NCBI GenBank assembly: GCA_032718475.1
Contig: JAUCBJ010006780.1
Span: 52,590 to 116,589 of the forward strand
Length of the DNA: 64,000 nt
Direction of reading: 5' to 3'
DNA from: Nemertoderma westbladi
Taxonomy: Eukaryota; Animalia; Xenacoelomorpha
Part shown: positions 24,305-33,953 of the stretch, one piece after another
Layout of the letters: each line of letters starts with the position of its first letter
Position numbering within the stretch: position 1 is the first letter of the stretch
Program-made: the position numbers and the translations under genes
The notes under the pieces: model-generated
What the model saw: only the letters and a program-made list of their open reading frames with translations
What the model was told of the DNA's origin: nothing
The model's database searches: none

Positions 24305-27300
24305 ATGGAGAGGGATATTAGAGCGCAACCGCGCAGAGGATTTACTGCCAGAGAGGAGGCGGAGCTACCATTCGCGCGACCAGGATGTAAAGACTCTAAC
24401 GTTTACTACCATGGGCGGTCCGTGATGGAGCTAAACGGGAAATACAAGCCGAGTTATGATAAAGAATTACGGAGGGAAAGAATGAGAGCGTTGGGGGACC
24501 GGATGGAAGTTTTGCGGAGAGAGTATCGCACGCGGTATCCCTACGACTTCGCTTTGGACGAATGTGACATTAGCGCAGATCCGGACGAGGAAATCGCACG
24601 ACTATACCATATGAATATGTATTTACGACACGAGGAGCCTCTACCTGCAGTCCGAGATCAGTTCGACGGAATGCATCTGTACCGGAGGACTCGAGGTGAG
24701 GATCAGGAGACGCCGAAAGTCTTCAGCGTGTACAAGCTGTTCTACAAGTGTGGTGAATGCATGAATAAGCAGGACGTGGCGATTCCCGACCGATTAGATG
24801 AGCAACATCCAGAACCGATATTAACGCGATGTCCAGCTCACCAATTCCTTAGATACAACGAGGGAGGTTACCCGATGAGCAACCCGATGATCAGTATCGA
24901 CTTCAGCGGAAAGCGACCTCCGAGACCCATTACGCCGACCGTTACGACATTAGATCCGTATACGGAGATTAAACCCTGTTCGACACCCAGTTTGATAGAG
25001 ACGGCAGCGGCCATTTCGCTGTACCGAGCCTACAAGGATCTAGAGGCGCGGCGCGAAGCGGCGCGGGACTCGGGTACCAAACCCGCGGGTTTGGAGCTCT
25101 CGAGTCCCTGGACTGCGTTTACTTCACCTCACCGAGTGAGAAGCCTCACGCCTGAGCATCAGGACGACATAGACGCGTTGCGGCAGGAGGAGCGAGCGGC
25201 GAAGGCGAAAGAGTTATTTGAGAACAGGATAGCGGAGTATAATAAGACCGCGGATAGACATCAAGAGGAGACGAGGAGAGTGACCGGATTTGTTCCACAG
25301 GTCGTATCTCAACCCGGACCGGTGTATTATTCCGACGGCACCGAACCTGCGATATTAGTAGATCATCCGGAGTCGCGAGAAGCGATACGATTCTTGCCGA
25401 TGGTAAGGATGGCGGACCATTGGAACGTTGACTGTCTACGGGAAGTTTTATGCGCGAAGTTCTTGCGTGATGTCCCAATGCAGATCACAGATTACGACAC
25501 GTTGGATAAGATTGGAGCTCCGGGGAAGGAGAGTAAGCTATTCGGATGGTTGGATAAGTACATCAAGGTATGGGTCGCGGTGGCTACATTCCCAGATGAC
25601 GAGGAGGTAGACCAGACGTGGCTGAGGAGGAAGGGTTCTTATACCCGATATGATGACCACAAGGCTATCGAGCGCATGTGGACCCCATCAGACGAGATTC
25701 AGCGTCAGTGGAGGAAAACGGAGGAATCACTGCAGGATTGGAGGGTGATGTTCTACGACAATGAAGGAGGGTCCCATCAGGAATGTTTGACCAGCAAGTG
25801 TATTCAAATTCGTGCGGCCGATGGTGTGACTCATGTGTTTATGCGTGTGAGGGCGGATCAAGAGAGACCGGAGCCCATCATAACGACACAATATCGGAAG
25901 GGGAAGGATCCTAGGGAACAGATTTTGGAGGTATGCAGGCGAGGAGGTATGCACGGAGCGGAGCGTATCGACGCCAGGATGTTACCCAAGAAAGTTAGAG
26001 AGGCTATTCTCAACCAAGATTACGTCAAGGTGGGATCGGGAGTCCAGAGCGATTTGGAGAGTGACTTCAACGCCATGACTGATCTGGAAGATAGATTGCC
26101 GAGACCGTTTGTCGACACCAAGCTATTGTTGCTATGGGCACAGGATATTGGAATTTATAGGGAGTATCCCAACTCTGCCAAGACTGGTATGGGCTTTATA
26201 GCACACTTGTTGTATAATTGGGACTTTAAGTTAAAGACGCAGAAGAAGTACGAGGAGGCGTATGGCGAATACAACACGCCACCGGGAGCGGAGTTCAAAT
26301 CCCACTTCAAGCGGCAAGCGTTAGTGTATTGGAACATTTGCGCACCACCCCGTGCGTCGCTACAATATTATTTGGTGCTTGAGTCGAACACGGTGACTTG
26401 TTTATTAGCGGATATCGTTGCGCGAGTTTTGAAGCGTCATCCATTGGTATTCGGAGGAGATCAATACGTTCGCTCGAAAGGGGGAATCCAATCCGACGTG
26501 ATGAAGCGTTTCTTAACCCCGTTCTTCAACCAATCGTTAGAGAATACGTCGATGGTTAGGAGAGGATTAGCGATATTCGAAGGAGTATATCGACAGAACA
26601 TCGGAGATTTGGGAGACCGACCGTCGATGGAATATCCGACGCCAGAAGCTTTGGAGAAGTGGTTCGGGAATCAAACCCGCGGGTTTGGTACTCCCTTCCA
26701 CTCGGAGGCTGATAGACCTGTTAAGGAGGGCTGGCCGGAGACGTTAGTAGAGGTGTTCGGAGTAGATCTTCCGGTGGAGAAGACATATCCGAAACGAACG
26801 CGGGAGGAAATATTGGAGATAGAGGACAAGGGCGAGGATGTTTACTTTGTTCCGGATCGACAACCGTTGACCGGAGAGGACGACATCGTATTAGACATTG
26901 GGAAGGAAGGAAGTGCAAAACCGATTGGAGACCTCATATACGAGAGGGCCTGGTTTCCACAAGCGCGTAGGTGCAAATTGTGCGGCAGCACAAGGCACAA
27001 TCTAAAGTCGTGCGACGCGGTAGTAGAGGCGGCGCATAAGGTCTGTCGTTGGTGTAATGAGACCGACCATTCGTTTCACACGTGCACCGTCTTCATTTCT
27101 CAATGTGGATATTGTGGGGTAAAGGGACATCGTAGCGTGAGATGTCAGCTGCGAGATGATTCCTTTCAAAACCATAGCGCTAACCTACTTCGGGAGATGT
27201 TAGATAAGTGGGAGGGTGTGGCCGATTACCATATTCAAGCGCAGATGCGTTGGTTACCATTTAAAGCGGGATATGGGTTTTGGGCGGTAGACCCATCGCA

Positions 27301-27763
27301 TGTTGCGTACGAGCCATATCTACAATCGCTACCACAATATCAGGAGCTCATCCTAACTGCTCAAGACCTTCCACAGAACACTGGAGTTATCGTAGTCCGA
27401 GAATACTTCAGACAATTGAACATGGACAATAAGTACACATGGAACTTCGTTGCTATTTGCGATCGCATCACGAAGGGTGTATTTACGGAGACTAGAAAGG
27501 TGGTACGCGCACGAGGTGATTGGAGGATGGCGGCTATACAATACCGCAACGAATTCTTGTTGACTCATGTGCCAGTGGGTTCATTGACCGCTGAGAGGAT
27601 ACAGGAGCAAAGGATCGCAGCGACCACAGCGACGACCGCTGGAGCTCAAAGCTCGCGGAAAGAACCAGGAGGAGAGGTCCAAGACAAGCATCAAGTCAAG
27701 GACGACCACTACCACTCTATTATAGAAGCACAGAGGTTACCTAAAGAGGTGAGGTCTCTATAG
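24305..27763 (+). CDS. Accessory ORF3 of the Bel/Pao element: unknown protein with three CCHC zinc knuckles; C-terminus displaced by an extra segment
   Basis: Open frame of ~1150 codons from ATG 24305 (same start as copy 2 at 58893). CKLCGSTRHNLKSC, CRWCNETDHSFHTC and CGYCGVKGHRSVRC are CX2CX4HX4C. No signal peptide or TM segment is evident. The C-terminus seen in copy 2 resumes at 28897-29170. Confidence 0.85.
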   Translation: MERDIRAQPRRGFTAREEAELPFARPGCKDSNVYYHGRSVMELNGKYKPSYDKELRRERMRALGDRMEVLRREYRTRYPYDFALDECDISADPDEEIARLYHMNMYLRHEEPLPAVRDQFDGMHLYRRTRGEDQETPKVFSVYKLFYKCGECMNKQDVAIPDRLDEQHPEPILTRCPAHQFLRYNEGGYPMSNPMISIDFSGKRPPRPITPTVTTLDPYTEIKPCSTPSLIETAAAISLYRAYKDLEARREAARDSGTKPAGLELSSPWTAFTSPHRVRSLTPEHQDDIDALRQEERAAKAKELFENRIAEYNKTADRHQEETRRVTGFVPQVVSQPGPVYYSDGTEPAILVDHPESREAIRFLPMVRMADHWNVDCLREVLCAKFLRDVPMQITDYDTLDKIGAPGKESKLFGWLDKYIKVWVAVATFPDDEEVDQTWLRRKGSYTRYDDHKAIERMWTPSDEIQRQWRKTEESLQDWRVMFYDNEGGSHQECLTSKCIQIRAADGVTHVFMRVRADQERPEPIITTQYRKGKDPREQILEVCRRGGMHGAERIDARMLPKKVREAILNQDYVKVGSGVQSDLESDFNAMTDLEDRLPRPFVDTKLLLLWAQDIGIYREYPNSAKTGMGFIAHLLYNWDFKLKTQKKYEEAYGEYNTPPGAEFKSHFKRQALVYWNICAPPRASLQYYLVLESNTVTCLLADIVARVLKRHPLVFGGDQYVRSKGGIQSDVMKRFLTPFFNQSLENTSMVRRGLAIFEGVYRQNIGDLGDRPSMEYPTPEALEKWFGNQTRGFGTPFHSEADRPVKEGWPETLVEVFGVDLPVEKTYPKRTREEILEIEDKGEDVYFVPDRQPLTGEDDIVLDIGKEGSAKPIGDLIYERAWFPQARRCKLCGSTRHNLKSCDAVVEAAHKVCRWCNETDHSFHTCTVFISQCGYCGVKGHRSVRCQLRDDSFQNHSANLLREMLDKWEGVADYHIQAQMRWLPFKAGYGFWAVDPSHVAYEPYLQSLPQYQELILTAQDLPQNTGVIVVREYFRQLNMDNKYTWNFVAICDRITKGVFTETRKVVRARGDWRMAAIQYRNEFLLTHVPVGSLTAERIQEQRIAATTATTAGAQSSRKEPGGEVQDKHQVKDDHYHSIIEAQRLPKEVRSL

Positions 27764-28896
27764 GGGTGACCTTAACAGGCGGCGGCGGACTCGCGAGGGT
27801 CTGGGGGCACGTTAAACAAGTGCTTAAAGTGCAAGGGAGATACTGATGGCCCTCGTGTCTAGCGAACCATGAATTGCCATGGTGCCGTGGTACCGTCTAG
27901 TCGGCATGTTGCCGTACTGCCAGTCCTGTACACAGTAGGGGTGGTGGCATGGCGTGATTTGTGGTTCATGTGGTGTGAACTGTGATTTGTATGTGGGCGA
28001 TCAGTGGCAGTTGCTTGGGGCTCGGATGGGTTCCTTTGGCTATCAGCTGTTCCGTTTTTTTGATACTATATGTTATTGTCTCCATGTTCAGCTGATTGGT
28101 TTTTGGGATTTGTTTGGGCCTTTGAGTTTTCTGTTGCTGTGGGTACGTGAGTACACGTGATTGTATGTATGGCCACTGCGAGTGAGTGTGGGAAACCTTG
28201 CCAGTTGGCTCAGTCGCCGCTGGTATTAGTAGGACCATATTTTACTGCGCCCTAGCATACTTTGTGCACACAAAGTTATTTTGCCCTGACGGCAAAATAA
28301 GGTACTCTCGACTCTCATGTTCTCTCTAGTCGATACAACTAGTCCCTCCCGATTTTGACCCCGATTTTGTCTTTACCGATTATGTCCTCTGTGTGTGCAT
28401 GGTATGTGTCCAATTTGTGTACTTGATATTGTGAACATCTGTTGAGTACACATGTACAGTGACTGGTAAGTGGTTACTTGTTCAGTAGCTTTTGAGCTAC
28501 AGACAGTATTGTTTCTTCAATACTGCCGGCGAGGCAGGTGAAAATGAGTCAAAATTCCATGTTGGGTAGCGCAAGCCCACATGGGACAAGGCCGTCGGTT
28601 AGGCCCAAGGGCGACCTTGGTGCTCGATCGCTATCGACTGGTCCACCTGCCGGTTGACTCTCTGAGTTGGCTCAATGTACAGTCAGGCCACAGTAAGTTG
28701 ACAGTAGCCGCCCATCTGGCTACACGTTCGACGAGCTGTGCCGGTGTGATCGGGGAATTGAAAATTGAACCCGGGAAGCATCGGGCCATCCCCCGGCCCG
28801 TCTGATAATAACATCTGTCGGACTGGCCCCAGGGGTGGTGGAAAAGTGTCCGCCTCGTGGGTGCGCCTCGGGGAGGAGCCCAGAAGGATGTAAGCG
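27739..28896. other. 1158-bp segment present in ORF3 of copy 1 but absent from copy 2
   Basis: Copy 2 reads CAGAGGTT|GCAGCGCAAGG contiguously and in frame (~60314); copy 1 has this segment between the two halves. No TSD or TIR seen. Confidence 0.8.
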
Positions 28897-29666
28897 GCAG
28901 CGCAAGGCGCAGGGGGCGTCGGAGAAGGCGCGAGTGCAACTGCATAAGGAAGAGTTGGCGGAAGCGACCACGGGAGCGCGACAATTGGGACAAGGCCGAG
29001 GAAGAAGCACAAGCCGGGAGTCTGTCGGGGCTCAGGGAACGTCGTCGCCGGTTCCGGGGAGTGATGCCTCACGGACGCCGTCAACGGAGTCGACTAGAGG
29101 ACGACTGGTGTATCTGGGAAGAGGGCGAAAGAGAGGAGCGAGCCCAAAGAACCCAGGAGCGGGTCGATAATACATTATAGCACAGGGCGACAGACTCTAG
29201 ATATATACATCATCGTCGCTCTGATGTATATTGTAGCATTTGGAAATCTTCGACTAGACTCATATACACTAGTTGAGTTATTTTGGAATTTATATTATGA
29301 GAGAGGCGAAGGAAGTGATTGGGGAGACAAACCTGCGGGTTTGGCTTACTCCTTTCACTTGCCCTAGCCAATTTTTATATTTGATTTTGTATGTAGTAAT
29401 CATTATGTAGTAAGAATGAACGAGAAACAATATTTTGTAAATTTAATTTGTATGTAATAATCGTTAAACAATGAGAGAGATAATATTTTTGTAAATTTAA
29501 TTTGTATGCAATTCATTATGCAATATCTATAGCAATATTTGTAAATAGTAGGATTTATAGTATCAAGTGTTTAGATTGGTTGGAAGAAATTTATTTTGTT
29601 TTGTATACATCACCTTATACTCTTCTACAATTGGAGGGAAACATTGTATGATTTCCCTTGGAGCGG

Positions 29667-31878
29667 TGTTACGGTATATGGCGCTGTATCCACATTATTA
29701 GTCGTTATACTGTATGCATTATTAGTCCGTTATGCAGTATGCAATATTAGTCCGTTATACTGTACGTAATATTAGTCCATTGTGCAGCATGATATTTTAG
29801 ATAAGGCATAATAACGCAGTGGTATTTAGATAGGGAAATCGAAACACCCATATATTTGAATCCATCCATTTTGTATAGTATGTAGCCCTACCTACGTAAT
29901 TTTGTATTAGGATATATGTAGATAGTTCCAGGGTAGCGAGTTTATTCGGACCCTGGATTTTGTGCTTGCTGATATTAGCATCGATAGGGCTAGCATATAG
30001 GGATGCTGTCCTGGCCATTCAGCAGCCAGGGACGTGAACCATTACCATATATGGTAATAATTTGAGGTTTGGGCAAGCGATAGGGCTACAATCCGGCCTC
30101 CTTATTGGACTAACTGCTTCCAGGTTGGTCTAATGCTAGCACGGACTGGAGAGCCAATAGGAGAGCGATTGAGTCACCCTATTGCATCACCCCATCCGGA
30201 TCACCTATAAATTGGCGGTGTGCCGGTAGAGCCTCACATGACACCTCACATGATCTGCTATCACCTTTGTACTTGTTGAGCTGTCTCTATTCAATTTTGA
30301 CGGATATTTTAGCGTATTTTCTGCAATTTGCTAATTTTGATTAATTTCTTGGAATGATTTGCTAGTGCGATTACTCTCGATTGTGTTTCTCAATTAATTC
30401 CTTCGATTACTGCTAATTACAACTGAACTATGATTTCTACTTTTTGATTAATGGTTCTATGTGATTCCTTTCTGCGCAATAATCCTAAGGGATTTCTGAG
30501 ACTGTCAGACTTTGTGATTTGCATGCGCCGCTACGGTAGCTATTAGCATAATGGAGGGCTAAGGTGCCAGTGGGCGGTGGGCACATCGGGGGGTTGAGCG
30601 ACTAGGAGAGAGCGGAGGATTCAAGGCGGGCAACGCTGGCTAGGGTCACCGTTGCGGGCGGGTATCTTGCACTGTAACACGCAGACCATTCGCCGATACA
30701 GTAACTAGGGGGCTGATGATCCAGATTTTGTCTCTATTTAGTATTAGGGGGGCAGGAATCGGGTTAGTTAGGAATCCTAGATGTATTCGGGAGAGGCCTG
30801 CGCGTACTACAACGTTGAGTGTAGAGTACGAGTAGTGAATCGCATAATTGTGGGCTATACAGTAGTTAACTGCATAATTGCGAACTGTGATTGCTGACGC
30901 TGATTGGTGTGTTATTGAAGTGTGCCTATGATTATGAATGTTTAGGTAGGCGCCCTTTTCTTTTGATTGATTTCTATTTCTTAGTTACAATAATTAGTTA
31001 CTGATTAGGTCAAAGTAATACGGCAATTTAGGCTATTACTAGCGAAACCTGTTGCGTAATAAATTAGAATTACGTATTCTGGAACTCTTAGTAATTAGTA
31101 CGCTGCTAAATATTTGTGACTGTAATTGATTAGTAAAAATTAAGAATTAGTACGCAGCATAGCGGAGAGTAGCTAAGGTAATAATTAGAGTACTGTAAAC
31201 TATTCACGCTGAGCGGTTATTTGCATTAGCGGGCAATCAGCTAGATCGCACTATTCGGTACGCACGATACGCTAGTAATTTGCTGGCCTAAAGCCAGCCG
31301 CAGGCAAGTTTCGACCCAGAGTGGTACTATCCACGTAGAAACAATTACTGTATCATTTTGATTATTTTAAATATTCTCGCATTCACACATTACGTTAGGG
31401 AACCTCCAGTATTCGCGATTAGAAAGACGTAGACAATAGCGTGTTTTAATAGTGATAGAATTAGGCGTAAGAATACTCTGAGTGCAAGGCCTCTCGTACT
31501 CGTCTTAAGTAAGCTTAGGGAGCCGACTCGGGTTTATTGTTTTGGTTATTCCCGCGTGGCTCATAGATTCGAACAGTTAGCTCTCTATCGAGCGATCGGT
31601 AGAGAAAGGAACAAGCGATTTTGCAGGAGTTGTGTAAAATTAGTAAAATATATTAGCGGACGGCAGATTAGCGCCATCCAACGGTAAGTAGCGGTTTTGT
31701 ATTTAGCCACCTTTACAATTTAGTAATATCACGCTCCTGATCCCCTTTACTTAACAGTAGAGCATTCTTTGTGTCTTATTGGTTAGGCGAGAGCTCATTA
31801 GGTTGACAGAAGGATATTAACGGGTATTGGTCTGTTCAACAGTTCTGCTGTTAGTATAGAGGTCGCGGTTGTTTATCA
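29667..31878 (+). repeat. 3' LTR of Bel/Pao copy 1
   Basis: Direct repeat of 11791-14002; preceded by a short purine-rich tract GGAGCGG; followed by TSD TCTTT. Confidence 0.95.
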
Positions 31879-32075
31879 TCTTTAATTCGGAAACTTCATC
31901 GCGAACGGATCAAAACAAATCAATTGGCACATAAAATTATTTTCTAAAATAAGTGTAGTCACTTACATCAACAATATATTACCTGAAGAAATAATTAGAC
32001 GAAACATTTAGCCTGAAATATTATTTACTTTTTTGTATATGTAGGCCTATTTCTTAGGTATAACACTTTGTTTAA

Positions 32076-32311
32076 GGCGGGGTAGCTCAGTTGGTTGAGC
32101 GCCGGGCCTGCAATCTAATGGTTGTAGGTTCAGCCCCGCCAGGGTCCACTCAGCCTTTCATCCACTGGGGTCGATAAAATGAGTACCAGTTAAATAACTG
32201 GGAGCAAATCTTGGGATAGGAGTAGCGCCCACCCCTACCCTCGGGTAGCAGCTATCGAAAGAGGAGCCTTCGGGTCGCCTCCAGCTTCGGCCGACTGTTT
32301 GCTTGCTTGCT
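32076..32311 (+). mobile_element. tRNA-derived SINE
   Basis: Head GGCGGGGTAGCTCAGTTGG (A box) and GGTTCAGCCC (degenerate B box); central CTCAGCCTTTCATCC...GGTCGATAAAATGAGTACCAG resembling conserved metazoan SINE core domains; (TTGC)n tail. Confidence 0.75.
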
Positions 32312-33953
32312 ATAGTTTCGGTCACAACAGCTCATTGCTTCATGTTTACCACAATTTTAGATCTAAGTGTTTTGAGAAAATTTCGACAAGTAGTTGTTGT
32401 TGTAAGATTTAATACTGAATCTGAATTAGTATTAGACTTGGTTCCTACATGCATACACAACATGTCTTGGAATATAGACTAGTTAGACATTCAGTGGCTT
32501 GGCGAACCCCAAAATTTTCTACAAATCTTAATGAGATTGCATGAAATTTGAAACATTCAGAATTTTTTGGTCCGCTAAGCGAGACCTCTACTGTTCAATC
32601 AGTTTGTTGTCGATTTCCACTTTGCTTTTGCTTACGGCACTTTTCGTAATTAGTAGAGCGTTGAACTTGGAATTCGAGATACCGGGTTCAATCCCACATT
32701 AATGTTTTTCAAATAAAATATTTCTGTTACGTAAAATCCTATATATCGTGAATTAATTCGTGACTAGGGTAATATTTGTTTAAATTTATATAAAATTGGC
32801 ATAGGTATAGATTCCCCATATCCCATTCTACTTAAATTAATTAGTTTTGTGACGGGATCCAGGAGTTGGCAGTCTGAACCCCGACCGGTGTGTTGTTTGG
32901 GCTATACGCGTTGCCGCGTCCGTTGGCTGCTGAAAGGCTGGTGTCTGAATATTAAGGCCTAAGGCCGTTTGAATATCTGAGTTTTTAGTGGCAGTTGTTC
33001 GTAATGTCAGAATATAATAATAGCACAATCAGAATATAATAGCACGGTAATGACAACGGTTTTAAACCGTTCCGGTCTCACAACTCTATAGATACCAACT
33101 GAATCACAATCAATAAGCACAACGGATATATTACTAGCACATAATGAATATTCCTACTGCTCTAAGTGGCCTGGCCAATGGGTGCATTTCAATCACCTGT
33201 TTTCCCATCCCATCATTGGCTAACCTAATTAATCTCTATCTCAGCGCTCCCTGTTGCCGCTATCCCCAATTGCTAGCCCCTTTGTCCCCTTGAGATAGTT
33301 TATGACCTCTCTACTCTGTTCGTGGCTGGCAATGTGTATTGCCTAAGTTGGTTATTAGGTGACATTATATTAGTAATGTCACCTTCTCAACTGTAATTGG
33401 TAAAAAGCCACTTTCCCCATTTTCCGCTGGGTAGTGCAGGGAATTGAATCCGCTTACAAGTTTAAGGGATTTATGTTAAGAACTGTTTATAATTGATTGA
33501 AATACAATGTACAGTTTTCTACGAATTTTACCAAACCGAAACGAGTTGTCAAGGAGGAGAGCCATTTCGCGCTTGTATTTTTGCTTTCAATCTTTAGATA
33601 GAAGTGGAGCTAGAAGCCGTATCGGTTGACATGGCACCAGTGACACTGTTATGCTTCAACCTTATAGTGATTTGATTGGTACTGATGGAAAGCTGGCCAG
33701 TGAAAATTCAGACAAAGGAGGAGGTACGACGAGGTGAAACTATCTCTATGTAGTAATGGAACGGTTCAGCCAGTCCAATCTAACCAGACTGCCGTCAAAC
33801 CGGTAGCCGGCCTATATATTCGGATGAGTCTAATATACGCTACGCGTATATCACACATACCCCTTGGGGGGTTGATTGTGTGAGTGTACATTATATTACT
33901 ATTTATAACATGTTACTAGTTAATGTTAATAGTAAATGTCCTATTGTGTAGGG

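Larger units (their letters stand above)
11791..31878 (+). mobile_element. Full-length Bel/Pao LTR retrotransposon, copy 1 (20,088 bp)
   Basis: Two 2212-bp TG...CA direct repeats; 5-bp TSD TCTTT at 11786-11790 and 31879-31883; internal gag-PR-RT-RH-IN order with Bel/Pao-type motifs; an additional ORF lies downstream. Confidence 0.97.

Noticed and set aside
24305-27763. ORF3 as an env gene
   Set aside because: No signal peptide, TM anchor or Cys-rich ectodomain pattern; it has zinc knuckles and a basic tail instead.
32076-32150. Functional tRNA gene
   Set aside because: Degenerate B box and acceptor stem; it continues into a SINE body and tail. The fragment at ~32651-32696 is also only a decayed tRNA-like head.
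32848-33400. Solo LTR starting TGTGAC
   Set aside because: No matching end with a TSD could be identified and there is no second copy in the window.
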